Origin: Treponemataceae bacterium
GTDB lineage: Bacteria > Spirochaetota > Spirochaetia > Treponematales > Rectinemataceae
Length of the DNA stretch: 64,000 nucleotides
NCBI GenBank assembly: GCA_963667725.2
Contig: CAXXHO010000003.1
Location: forward strand, 32,001 to 96,000
Reading direction: 5' to 3'
The notes beneath the pieces were generated by a model, which worked only from the letters and a program-made list of their open reading frames with translations, searched no databases and had not been told where the DNA came from. Made by a program: the position numbers and the translations under genes. Below are positions 17,976-27,303 of the stretch, one piece after another. Position 1 is the stretch's first letter. Each line of letters opens with the position of its first letter.

Positions 17976-19625
17976 ATGAAAAATAGATTTCTTTCAAACT
18001 CAAGGTATTGGCTAGTTATTTCTTTTGTTTTTGCTCTTAATCTCATCGTCACAAATAGCGTATTCGCTCAAAAAGCATGGGGATGCAGTCCCGAAATGAG
18101 CGACATAATGTTGATCAATGGGAACATCCGAACGATGGATTCACAGAACTCTGTCGTTTCGACCTTGTGGATCAAAGACGGGAAAATCGCAGGCACGAGC
18201 GCTATCCCGCAGAAGCCGGGTGTGGCCACCAAAGTCATCGACCTTATGGGGCATACGGTAATTCCAGGCTTGATTGATGACCATATGCATTTCGTTCGGA
18301 CAGGTTTACTGCCTGGCCACGATACCCGGGAGCTCGAGACTGCGTTCACCATTGCTGATGCCCAAACAATCATCAAAAAAGAAGCCGCGGCCCTGTCGAA
18401 GGGAACCTTCATCTCTGCTGTCGGTGGCGTTCACCCGACCCAGTTCGCCGAAAAGCGTTGGCCTAATCTGACAGAACTGGACGAAGCCGCGCCTGATAAT
18501 CCCGTCTATCTATCCCAGTCAAACACAGGCCCCGGACAGGTGAATACTCGGGCGAAAGAATACTTCGCGAGTCTAGGAGTCAATGTTGCGGCGGACGGTG
18601 TGATCAGCACGGCCGAAACCGTAAACATCTGGTATAAACTTCTCGCGCAGCAAAACGCCGCCGACACGAAGGTTCAGCTTCAAAACAACATGGCTTTCGC
18701 CGCGAGCAAAGGGATGACCACAATCGTGGATCTCGGCGGCGCTATTCCCGACGGTGGCTGGCTCGATCCGGCAACGGGTTATGATCCTTTACTCGAGTTG
18801 ATGAGGGCGGGGGAGGTACCCATCCGGCTACGCCTCAATTTGCGGAACCTCGATACCACAGCGGATCTATCTGAACTGAAGGGCACGCTCGATCACGTAT
18901 GGAAAGAATTCGGAAACGACCAGGTGAAGGTCGTCGGCGTGGGTGAATGGCTGATCGCCATGAGCCTCCAGCCTAAAAGTCCTCTTCCCGAATTCTACGA
19001 AGACGCGGTTCGGATGGTCGCTCAGCGAGGGTGGATCTATGACCAACATATGATCAACCTTAGCCAACAGAAAGCTCATCTGGATATATGGGAGAAAGTG
19101 AACAAGGATATCCCGCTCGCCAACCTTCATTGGATGCTCGCGCACGCCTATGGTATCGATCAAGAGACAATCCTGAGGGCAAAAGCGCTGGGCGTCGGTA
19201 TCGGCGCGCATAGTACCGCTTACTACGGCGGAAAACCAGCAGTAAATGGTAATCCTCCCTTCCGTAAGATTATCGATAGCGGTATCCAGGTCGGAGGAGG
19301 TTCTGACGGAGCCCGAATCGGTGTCATGAATCCCTGGTTAAGTATCTACTACATGGTCACTGGCAAGAATTGCGGTGGCGACCTTATCAACCCCGGCCAA
19401 ACCATCTCCAGAGAGGAAGCCATCCGTCTGTGGACGGCGAACCAGGGTTGGTTCACAAAGGAAGAGGACAAGCTGGGTTCGCTCGAGGTAGGCAAGTTCG
19501 CCGACATCGCTGTTCTGAGTGAGGATTTCTTTGATCAGAACAAGGTGTCGGACCAGGATATCAGAAACCTCAAGTCCGTTCTCACGATTGTCGGAGGCAA
19601 GATAGTCCATAACGAGTGTTTCTGA
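17976..19625 (+). CDS. Secreted metal-dependent amidohydrolase (Amidohydro_3/YtcJ-like), copy 1
   Basis: Signal peptide ending VFA; PGLIDDHMH; GSDG; GSLEVGKFADIAVL. Confidence 0.88.
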   Translation: MKNRFLSNSRYWLVISFVFALNLIVTNSVFAQKAWGCSPEMSDIMLINGNIRTMDSQNSVVSTLWIKDGKIAGTSAIPQKPGVATKVIDLMGHTVIPGLIDDHMHFVRTGLLPGHDTRELETAFTIADAQTIIKKEAAALSKGTFISAVGGVHPTQFAEKRWPNLTELDEAAPDNPVYLSQSNTGPGQVNTRAKEYFASLGVNVAADGVISTAETVNIWYKLLAQQNAADTKVQLQNNMAFAASKGMTTIVDLGGAIPDGGWLDPATGYDPLLELMRAGEVPIRLRLNLRNLDTTADLSELKGTLDHVWKEFGNDQVKVVGVGEWLIAMSLQPKSPLPEFYEDAVRMVAQRGWIYDQHMINLSQQKAHLDIWEKVNKDIPLANLHWMLAHAYGIDQETILRAKALGVGIGAHSTAYYGGKPAVNGNPPFRKIIDSGIQVGGGSDGARIGVMNPWLSIYYMVTGKNCGGDLINPGQTISREEAIRLWTANQGWFTKEEDKLGSLEVGKFADIAVLSEDFFDQNKVSDQDIRNLKSVLTIVGGKIVHNECF

Positions 19626-19810
19626 TTCAATAAAATCGCTTATCGCTTCCTGCCGGCATTATGTCGGCAAGACACTGCACCTGCCATATAAACGGCTAAG
19701 TGGGTGAAAAAGAACGTTGGGGAATGAAGCATTCGTGTGTATTTGATACGGATCTATGGATCGCTTGATGCGATACCTGGGAAAATTGCATTTCGAAAAG
19801 GAGAGCTGTT

Positions 19811-21460
19811 ATGAAACGCAGATTTCATTCAGGCATACGAGTTAAATTAATTTTTTGTTGTTTCCTTTTTGCTGGTATCTGTGCAGTAAATAGCGCATTT
19901 GCGCAAAAAACCTGGGGTTGCAGCCCTGAGATGAGCGATATAATGCTGATCAACGGAAAGATCTGGACGATGGATTCCCAGAATTCAATTGTATCGACTC
20001 TCTGGATCAAAGACGGGAAGATAGCCGGCACAAGCGCGAGCCCGCAGAAACCGGGCATCGCCACCAAGGTTATCGATTTGATGGGGCACACCGCAATTCC
20101 TGGGCTGATAGATGATCATATGCACTTTGTCCGGACGGGCCTCCTTCCTGGGCACGACACGAGAAAACTCGAGACTGCCTTCTCGATAGCCGACGTCCAG
20201 CGTATAATCAAGGCAGAAGCCGTCAGCCTGCCCAAGGGGACCTTTATAACGGCTATCGGCGGCATCCATCCCACCCAGTTCGCCGAAAAACGTCTGCCTA
20301 ACCTGAAGGAGTTGGATGAGGCTGCCTTCGACAACCCCGTCTACCTATCCCTATCCAATACCGGCCCCGGACAGGTGAACAGCAAGGCCAAGGAGTACTT
20401 CGCCAGCCAGGGGATCAACGTCGCGGAGAACGGAGTGATCAGCGCGGCCGAAACGGTCAGCATCTGGTACAAGCTCCTCGCTCAACATACCGCTGCGGAC
20501 ACGAAGCTCCAGCTCGAAAACAACATGGATTTCGCAGCCAGTAAAGGGCTCACCACGATCATGGACCTCGGCGGCGCTATCCCCGACGGCGGCTGGCTAG
20601 ACCCAGCCTCAGGCTACGATCCTCTCCTCGATCTGATGAGGGAGGATAAGATGCCCATACGGCTCCGCCTTAGCCTCAGGAACCTCGACACAACCGCGGA
20701 CCTCTCCGAGCTGAAGGGTACTCTCGACCATGTATGGAAGGAGTTCGGAAACGATCAGCTGAAGGTAATCGGTGCAGGTGAATGGCTTGTGGGGATAACA
20801 CTGCACTCGCAGATACCCCTTCCTTCATTTTATGAGGACGCGGTCCGGATGGTGGCGCAGCGCGGATGGGTCTACGACCAGCACATGATCAACAAAGCTC
20901 AGGCGGACGCTCATCTGGATATCTGGGAGAAGGTAAACAAGGATATCCCCATTGCCGATCTGCACTGGAAAATCGCCCATGGTAACGGCATGGATCCAGA
21001 GCTTATCGCGAGGGCAAAGGCGTTGGGCGTCGGCGTCGGCGCGCACAGCTGGACATATCTCGGCGGGAAGCCGACGGGAACGGGCAATCCTCCCTTCCGC
21101 ACGTTGATCGATAGCGGTATCCAGGTTGGAGGCGGTTCGGATGGGGCACGAATTGGTGTTATGAACCCATGGCTCAACATCTACTACATGGTAACCGGCA
21201 AGAATTGCGGTGGCGACCTTATCAACCCCGGCCAAACCATCTCCAGAGAGGAAGCCATCCGTCTGTGGACGGCGAACCAGGGTTGGTTCACAAAGGAAGA
21301 GGACAAGCTGGGTTCGCTCGAGGTAGGCAAGTTCGCCGACATCGCTGTTCTGAGTGAGGATTTCTTTGATCAGAACAAGGTGTCGGACCAGGATATCAGA
21401 AACCTCAAGTCCGTTCTCACGATTGTCGGAGGCAAGATCATCCACAACGAGAGCTTCTAA
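19811..21460 (+). CDS. Secreted metal-dependent amidohydrolase, copy 2 (tandem paralogue)
   Basis: Same length (549 aa) and motifs as copy 1. Confidence 0.88.
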   Translation: MKRRFHSGIRVKLIFCCFLFAGICAVNSAFAQKTWGCSPEMSDIMLINGKIWTMDSQNSIVSTLWIKDGKIAGTSASPQKPGIATKVIDLMGHTAIPGLIDDHMHFVRTGLLPGHDTRKLETAFSIADVQRIIKAEAVSLPKGTFITAIGGIHPTQFAEKRLPNLKELDEAAFDNPVYLSLSNTGPGQVNSKAKEYFASQGINVAENGVISAAETVSIWYKLLAQHTAADTKLQLENNMDFAASKGLTTIMDLGGAIPDGGWLDPASGYDPLLDLMREDKMPIRLRLSLRNLDTTADLSELKGTLDHVWKEFGNDQLKVIGAGEWLVGITLHSQIPLPSFYEDAVRMVAQRGWVYDQHMINKAQADAHLDIWEKVNKDIPIADLHWKIAHGNGMDPELIARAKALGVGVGAHSWTYLGGKPTGTGNPPFRTLIDSGIQVGGGSDGARIGVMNPWLNIYYMVTGKNCGGDLINPGQTISREEAIRLWTANQGWFTKEEDKLGSLEVGKFADIAVLSEDFFDQNKVSDQDIRNLKSVLTIVGGKIIHNESF

Positions 21461-21545
21461 TTCCTGGAAACGCAAGTCGCGTCTCACCGGACTCTTTAAC
21501 AGCGAGGCGCGGCTCGCCTAATGAGCCGTTCGATTGAAACATCAG

Positions 21546-21587
21546 TGGTAGGATGACTTGACATTGATGGAAGATGGTTTGTAAAAT
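21546..21587 (+). promoter_or_regulatory. Second TGGTAGGATGACTTGACA box with promoter (TTGACA...TAAAAT)
   Basis: Identical to 17768-17785; upstream of the TRAP operon that includes the FadR gene. Confidence 0.7.
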
Positions 21588-21613
21588 ATGATATATTCTT
21601 GAGGAGGTATTGC

Positions 21614-22537
21614 GTGAAAAAGCTTGTAGTAATCGCTATAATCGTTGCGTTCATTGCTTCGCCGACGTTCGGCCAGAAAAAGACCGAACTTCTCATGGGC
21701 ACGGCCAGCATGGGCGGCGCTTTCTACCCGGTAGGGCAGGGCATCGCCAACCTGGTTTCCAAATATTCGGGCAGTTACGCCATGGTTCCCGTCGTAACCG
21801 GCGGCGCGGTTGAAAATCCCCGGCTTATCGCCTCGGGCGATGTCGATATCGCCATCACCAACGCGAATATCGCCTATTTCGCCTATGCGGGCACCGATCC
21901 TTTCACCAAGAAACTCGACATCGCTTGCGTGGCGAGCCTCTATCCGAGCGTCCTGCATATGGCGGTCCCCGCGAAGTCGTCCATCAACGATTTCGGCGAC
22001 CTCAAGGGCAAGCGCGTCGCGGTTGGCCCAGCCGGCGGCGGCACTCTCGATATCCTGAAAGTCCTCCTCGAGGAATACGGCATGACCATGAAGGACATCA
22101 CGCCGAGCTACCTCGCCTATGGCGACGGCTTCAGCGAAATGTCCGACGGCAACGTGGACGCGGCCTTCGCCCTCTCCGGCTATCCCGCCTCCGCCGTCAT
22201 GCAGACCGTGGCGACCAGCGAGATCAAGTTCATCGAGATCCAGCCAGCCAAATTCGCTTCCATCATGAAGAAATACCCCTATTACACCGATATCACGGTT
22301 AGCAAGGAAACCTACAAGACCAAGAAAGACACGGTGATGGTGGGCGTGCAGAACGTGCTCATCGTGAAGAAGAATTTCTCCGAGGACGCCGTCTACAAGA
22401 TCACCAAGGCGCTGTTCGACAATCTGCCCGAATTCGCCGCGGCCAACGCCAACGCCAAGCAGATTGACATCAAGAAGGCCGCCCAGGTGCCGGTGCCTCT
22501 CCATGCCGGCGCCGAAAAGTACTTCGCCGGAAAATAG
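21614..22537 (+). CDS. TAXI-family TRAP solute-binding protein
   Basis: GTASMGGAFYPVG, TGGAVEN, LHAGAEKY; SD GAGGAGG before GTG. Confidence 0.92.
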   Translation: MKKLVVIAIIVAFIASPTFGQKKTELLMGTASMGGAFYPVGQGIANLVSKYSGSYAMVPVVTGGAVENPRLIASGDVDIAITNANIAYFAYAGTDPFTKKLDIACVASLYPSVLHMAVPAKSSINDFGDLKGKRVAVGPAGGGTLDILKVLLEEYGMTMKDITPSYLAYGDGFSEMSDGNVDAAFALSGYPASAVMQTVATSEIKFIEIQPAKFASIMKKYPYYTDITVSKETYKTKKDTVMVGVQNVLIVKKNFSEDAVYKITKALFDNLPEFAAANANAKQIDIKKAAQVPVPLHAGAEKYFAGK

Positions 22538-22680
22538 CCGAACCGACTCAATCCTTCGGATGAGCGACCGGCGAGACTATGCTTAGTTTTGCCGATCGCC
22601 TTTCGAGCTGGTCCTCCCGCGGAACGGCAGGCCTAGTGCCCGTTCCGCACTCTTTCAAAAATCGCTTTCAGGAGTCTTTC

Positions 22681-24576
22681 ATGCAAGAAGCTTCAGGATT
22701 CAAGAAGACCTTGAGTACTGTGGTGGCGGCGCTCTGCGTCGTCATCGGAGCATTCCACGTGCTCAACGTGTCCGGGCTTATCGTCCTTTCGACAATGATA
22801 GTGAGAATCGTCCATATCGCCTTTATGATGACGATCGCCTTCCTCAGTTTTCCCATCGGGAAAAAGAGTTCGGGCAGCAAGCTCGACCACGCCTCCAGGC
22901 TGGTGATGGCCGCGCTGACCATAGCGGGAAGCCTCTACATGCTCCTGCGCTGGGAAGATATCGCCAACACGGGGGGCATGACCTCCTCGGCTGACGCGAT
23001 AATCGGCCTCATCATGATCCTCGTCGTGCTGGAAGCCACCCGCCGCAGCGTAGGCATGGCGCTGGCGATCATCTGCACGGTCTTTCTCGTCTATCCCTTT
23101 GTCGGCCCATTCCTCCCTGGGATGCTGCATACGAGAGCGATCAGCCTCCAGAGAATTTTCACCTTCCTGTTCACCACGAGCGAAGGCATCTACGGCATTC
23201 CCATCGGCGTCTCGGCCACCTACATCGTGCTGTTCTGCGTATACGGCTCGTTTCTCAGCGAGTTCGGAGCGGGCGATTTCTTCTATGCCGTCGCCAAGAA
23301 AGTAACGAAGAACCTTCTCGCCGCCTCAGCCAAGACAGCGGTTATTTTCTCCACGCTGATCGGCATGATCTCCGGCTCGGCAGCCGGAAACGTGGCCGTG
23401 GCCGGCGTCTTCACGATTCCTTGGATGAAGAAGGAAGGCTATAAGGACTACGAAGCGGGAGCCATAGAAGCCCTCGTGTCCACCGGCGGACAGATAATGC
23501 CTCCTGTCATGGGCGCCGCCGCCTTCATCATGGCCGAAATCCTCGGCCTCCCCTATACGAATATCATGAAGGCGGCCATCATACCCGCTCTTCTTTTCTT
23601 CGCTTCCACCTTCATCATCGTCCATCTTCTCGCGAAGAAATACGGGCTTCAGGCTAAAAAGGAAGAAGAGCTGGCCGCCGACGCGAAAAAAGAGAAAGTA
23701 AGTCTTCTTGAGGGCGGCATTCACTTCCTCATTCCCTTCACCACCCTCCTTGTCATGATGTTCATGAACTTCTCGCCCTTCAAGGCCGCGTTCTGGTCCA
23801 TCCTCGCCCTTCTCGCGGTGAACATCGTCTGGAACCGAAAGATCGACAGGAAATTCGTGGATAAAATCATTCGATCGCTGAAGGACGGCGCCAAGGCCAC
23901 CGTGCCTCTCGCCATCGCATGCGCGGCCGCCGGCATCATCTCTGGCGTGCTCTCTGTCACAGGTCTCGGCTCCAAGCTCTCCACCATGATCGTGACGCTG
24001 TCCATGGGCGTGCCCTTCCTCGCCCTGTTGTTCACGGCGATCGTGGCGATCATCCTGGGCATGGGCCTTCCTACCACTGCCGCCTACCTCATCCTGGCCA
24101 CGGTCGTCACGCCCGCGCTTACCCAGATGGGCATTTCTCCGCTCACGGCTCATATGTTCGTTTTCTTCTATGGCTGCCTTTCCACGATCACGCCGCCGGT
24201 GGCGCTTGCCTCCTATGTGGCGGCGGGCATCGCTGGCGCCGATATCAATAAAGTGGGCTGGACCGCCTTCCGCTATGGCCTCACTACCTTTATTCTTCCC
24301 TTCATGTTCGTGTACGGACCAGCTCTGTTGATGGAAGGTTCGGCCATGGAGATAATCTGGACGGTCATCATCAGCCTCTTTGGCGTCTACGTCATCGCCT
24401 CGGGGCTCGTGGGATACCTCAAGGGACCCATCTCTGTCTGGATGCGCGTCTTGCTCTTCGTTGGAGGCGCCTGTATGGTGGCCGAAGGCTTGGTCACCGA
24501 TGTGATCGGCGCCGCGATTTTCGCCGCCTGTCTGCTGTTCGTAAACCTGCAGACAAAGAAACGAAAGATAGCATAA
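22681..24576 (+). CDS. TRAP transporter fused 4TM/12TM permease
   Basis: GSAAGNV, STGGQIMPPVMGAAAF, LGMGLPT, ITPPVALA. Confidence 0.92.
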   Translation: MQEASGFKKTLSTVVAALCVVIGAFHVLNVSGLIVLSTMIVRIVHIAFMMTIAFLSFPIGKKSSGSKLDHASRLVMAALTIAGSLYMLLRWEDIANTGGMTSSADAIIGLIMILVVLEATRRSVGMALAIICTVFLVYPFVGPFLPGMLHTRAISLQRIFTFLFTTSEGIYGIPIGVSATYIVLFCVYGSFLSEFGAGDFFYAVAKKVTKNLLAASAKTAVIFSTLIGMISGSAAGNVAVAGVFTIPWMKKEGYKDYEAGAIEALVSTGGQIMPPVMGAAAFIMAEILGLPYTNIMKAAIIPALLFFASTFIIVHLLAKKYGLQAKKEEELAADAKKEKVSLLEGGIHFLIPFTTLLVMMFMNFSPFKAAFWSILALLAVNIVWNRKIDRKFVDKIIRSLKDGAKATVPLAIACAAAGIISGVLSVTGLGSKLSTMIVTLSMGVPFLALLFTAIVAIILGMGLPTTAAYLILATVVTPALTQMGISPLTAHMFVFFYGCLSTITPPVALASYVAAGIAGADINKVGWTAFRYGLTTFILPFMFVYGPALLMEGSAMEIIWTVIISLFGVYVIASGLVGYLKGPISVWMRVLLFVGGACMVAEGLVTDVIGAAIFAACLLFVNLQTKKRKIA

Positions 24577-24614
24577 GCTATTCAAGAAGTTCGGCGGTGA
24601 AGCAAGGAGGGGCT

Positions 24615-25337
24615 GTGCGTATTGAGCCAATTGTTAGAGTATCGGTTGTAGAGCAAGCTCTTGATAAGATATATGATCTCATCATAGCCCAGGACCTGAA
24701 GACAAACGATCGCTTGCCGCCTGAACGCGAGCTTGCAGAGATGCTCGGAATCTCTAGAAATTCTCTGCGCGAGGCCATCAGAGTCCTGGACGTGTTGGGC
24801 ATCATCAGGGTGGACCAGGGCAGCGGCATGGTGATCGATGCCACCAAGGTTTCTAACGCCGTGACTATGCATCTGTCCTTCGCCCTCATGCTCAACAGGG
24901 ATAAATTCAGGGAACTCTTCGAAGCCCGCCTCATTTTCGAAACCGAATGCGCAGGACTCGCCGCCGAACGGGCCACTGATGAAGAGATAGCCGAACTAAA
25001 GGAAGCTTACAGCAAGCTCGTGGCGAACAGGGCGGATAGGGCGAAAGGCATCGAATACGAGCTTTCGCTGCACGCGATAACAGCCAGGGCTGCCCACAAC
25101 ACGGTGCTGGAGAAGATCCTTTCTTCATTGCGCCAAGTCCTCAGGGAAAGCCGCGAACAAACCGTGCCTTCGAGCGGCGTAACGCCGACGACCGTGGAAC
25201 TGCAGGAGAAAATCGTCGACGCGATAAGTAAACATGATAAGGTATTGGCACGAGCGCTGATGTACGAGCATATCGCGGCGGTGGCGGAGCGCGTCAAGAC
25301 AGGCGTTGAAAATGCGGCTACAAAAAAGGGCGGCTGA
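24615..25337 (+). CDS. FadR/GntR-family regulator with FCD domain
   Basis: LPPERELAEMLGISRNSLREA; LFEAR; SD AAGGAGG before GTG 24615. Confidence 0.92.
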   Translation: MRIEPIVRVSVVEQALDKIYDLIIAQDLKTNDRLPPERELAEMLGISRNSLREAIRVLDVLGIIRVDQGSGMVIDATKVSNAVTMHLSFALMLNRDKFRELFEARLIFETECAGLAAERATDEEIAELKEAYSKLVANRADRAKGIEYELSLHAITARAAHNTVLEKILSSLRQVLRESREQTVPSSGVTPTTVELQEKIVDAISKHDKVLARALMYEHIAAVAERVKTGVENAATKKGG

Positions 25338-25385
25338 ATATATCAATTTACTGGTTTTTAGTATGGCAATATTAGGAGAAATCTC

Positions 25386-26600
25386 ATGAGCGAGCGATAT
25401 AAAAGCGAAGGAAAATATTGGGTGAGTCCCTACAACTTCAAGCCTGAAGTGATGGCCAAGCGCGAACAGCCGGCCAAGGTGCTCATCCACGACGCGACGT
25501 TGCGCGACGGCGAGCAGACGCCGGGCGTCGTCTTCCGCAAGGAAGACAAGGTCCGCATAGCCAAGGCCCTCGATCTCGTGGGCGTCGACAGGATAGAAGC
25601 GGGCATGCCCGCCGTTTCGGAAGAAGATTTCGAGGCTATCGGCGAAATCGTCTCCCTAGGGCTCAAGGCGAAAATATTCACCTTCGCCAGAGCCATGAAG
25701 GAAGACGTGGACAAGGCCGTGGCCTGCGGCGCCGACGGCGTCGTCATCGAGGTGCCGATCGGGTATCCCAAGCTCGTGCACCAGTTCCATTGGACCTGGG
25801 AAGACGTCGTGCGCAAGTCGGCGCCCGTCATCAACTACGCCAAGTCTAAGGGGCTCTACGCGACATTCTTTCCTTACGACACGACGAGGGCTCGGGAAGA
25901 AGACCTGGATGCCATGCTCGACGCCATCATGAGGGAATCGCCTCCCGATTCCATCGGCCTCGTGGACACGATGGGCTGCGCGACGCCCGAAGCCATCGCC
26001 TACCTGACGCGTAAATTCAGGGACATCACCCATCTGCCCGTGGAAATCCATACCCACAACGATTTCGGCATGGCTGTGGCCACCGAGCTGGCCGCCGTGG
26101 GGGCCGGCGCCGCCGTCGTCCATTCCTGCGTGAACGGCCTGGGCGAGAGGACGGGAAACGCCGCCCTCGAAGAACTGATTCTCAGCCTGGACCTTCTCTA
26201 TGGCGCCAACACCGGCTGCGACATCGGTGCCATCAAGGATCTTTCGGAACTCGTGGAAGAACTGAGCGGCATCAGGATCGCGCAGAACAAGCCTGTCGTG
26301 GGCTCGGAGAACTTCACGCGCGAATCGGGCATCGGCGTAAATCTTGTCGTCGAACAGCCCCTCGCCATGTTCGCCACCCATCCGGCCCTCACCGGCAGGA
26401 AGGGCAAGATCGTTCTCGGGAAGAAGAGCGGCAAACCCTCTATTCAGTACAAGCTTAAGGAACTCGAGCTCGGCGATCTGGACGACGCGCAGACCGCTGC
26501 CGTACTCGCCGAAGTAAAGCATCAGGGCAACGAAAAACGCGGCCTTGTCGACGATGAAACGTTCAAGGCGATAGTCGCGGCCGTCCGCGGCGCAAAGTGA
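25386..26600 (+). CDS. DRE-TIM metallolyase (homocitrate/isopropylmalate synthase-like, no regulatory domain)
   Basis: DATLRDGEQ, HTHNDFG, GLGERTGN, LGKKSG. Confidence 0.85.
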   Translation: MSERYKSEGKYWVSPYNFKPEVMAKREQPAKVLIHDATLRDGEQTPGVVFRKEDKVRIAKALDLVGVDRIEAGMPAVSEEDFEAIGEIVSLGLKAKIFTFARAMKEDVDKAVACGADGVVIEVPIGYPKLVHQFHWTWEDVVRKSAPVINYAKSKGLYATFFPYDTTRAREEDLDAMLDAIMRESPPDSIGLVDTMGCATPEAIAYLTRKFRDITHLPVEIHTHNDFGMAVATELAAVGAGAAVVHSCVNGLGERTGNAALEELILSLDLLYGANTGCDIGAIKDLSELVEELSGIRIAQNKPVVGSENFTRESGIGVNLVVEQPLAMFATHPALTGRKGKIVLGKKSGKPSIQYKLKELELGDLDDAQTAAVLAEVKHQGNEKRGLVDDETFKAIVAAVRGAK

Positions 26601-26607
26601 GGTTCGC

Positions 26608-27300
26608 ATGAGAATAATCGATCTGAGCCAGGAAATTTACGCGGGAATGCCGGTCTTCAACGGCCATCCGCAAGTCACCATGAAACCCGCCGTCACCCAC
26701 GAGCAGAGGGACGGCATCGAGAATCCCACGACGGTTTCTCCCGTCGTCCACGAAATCACCCTGGGCGAGCATTCGAGCACCCACGTGGACGCCATCAACC
26801 ATTTCGCGCGCATTCACGTCGGGAAATCCATAGACAAAATGCCTCTGGAGACCTTCTACACGGAAGGCATCTGCCTCGACTTCTCGAAAAAGAAGCCCCT
26901 GGAGCTCATCGACGTGGACGAAATCAAAGCCGAGCTCGTCCGCGAGGGAAAGGAAATCCGCAAGGGAGACACCGTCCTCATCTATACCGACCATTACCGC
27001 CGTTACTACGAAACCGACCAGTGGAACAATGGTCCCGGGGTGACGCCTGCCGTGGCGCGCTGGCTCGGGGAATTGGGCGTTGCCGCCTTCGGCGTCGAAA
27101 CCAGATCGCCAGGCGTGCTGGGGAAGGGCAACAAGGAAATCCACACCATCTGCGGCGAGATGAACTATCCGCACTACGAGAATGTGATCAACATGCAGGA
27201 GCTGCTTCCCTACAAGCGCTTCAGGTTCATCGCCTTCCCGCTCAAGATTCGCGGCGGCACCGGTTCCCCGGTGCGCGCCGTGGCCATCGTGGAAGAGTAA
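26608..27300 (+). CDS. Cyclase / kynurenine formamidase-family hydrolase
   Basis: IIDLSQ, HSSTHVDA, GTGSPVRAVA. Confidence 0.85.
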   Translation: MRIIDLSQEIYAGMPVFNGHPQVTMKPAVTHEQRDGIENPTTVSPVVHEITLGEHSSTHVDAINHFARIHVGKSIDKMPLETFYTEGICLDFSKKKPLELIDVDEIKAELVREGKEIRKGDTVLIYTDHYRRYYETDQWNNGPGVTPAVARWLGELGVAAFGVETRSPGVLGKGNKEIHTICGEMNYPHYENVINMQELLPYKRFRFIAFPLKIRGGTGSPVRAVAIVEE

Positions 27301-27303
27301 GCC

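Noticed and set aside
22538..22680. Several hairpins between the TAXI and permease genes as a possible ncRNA or riboswitch
   Set aside because: No recognisable aptamer; stabilising hairpins after binding-protein genes are common
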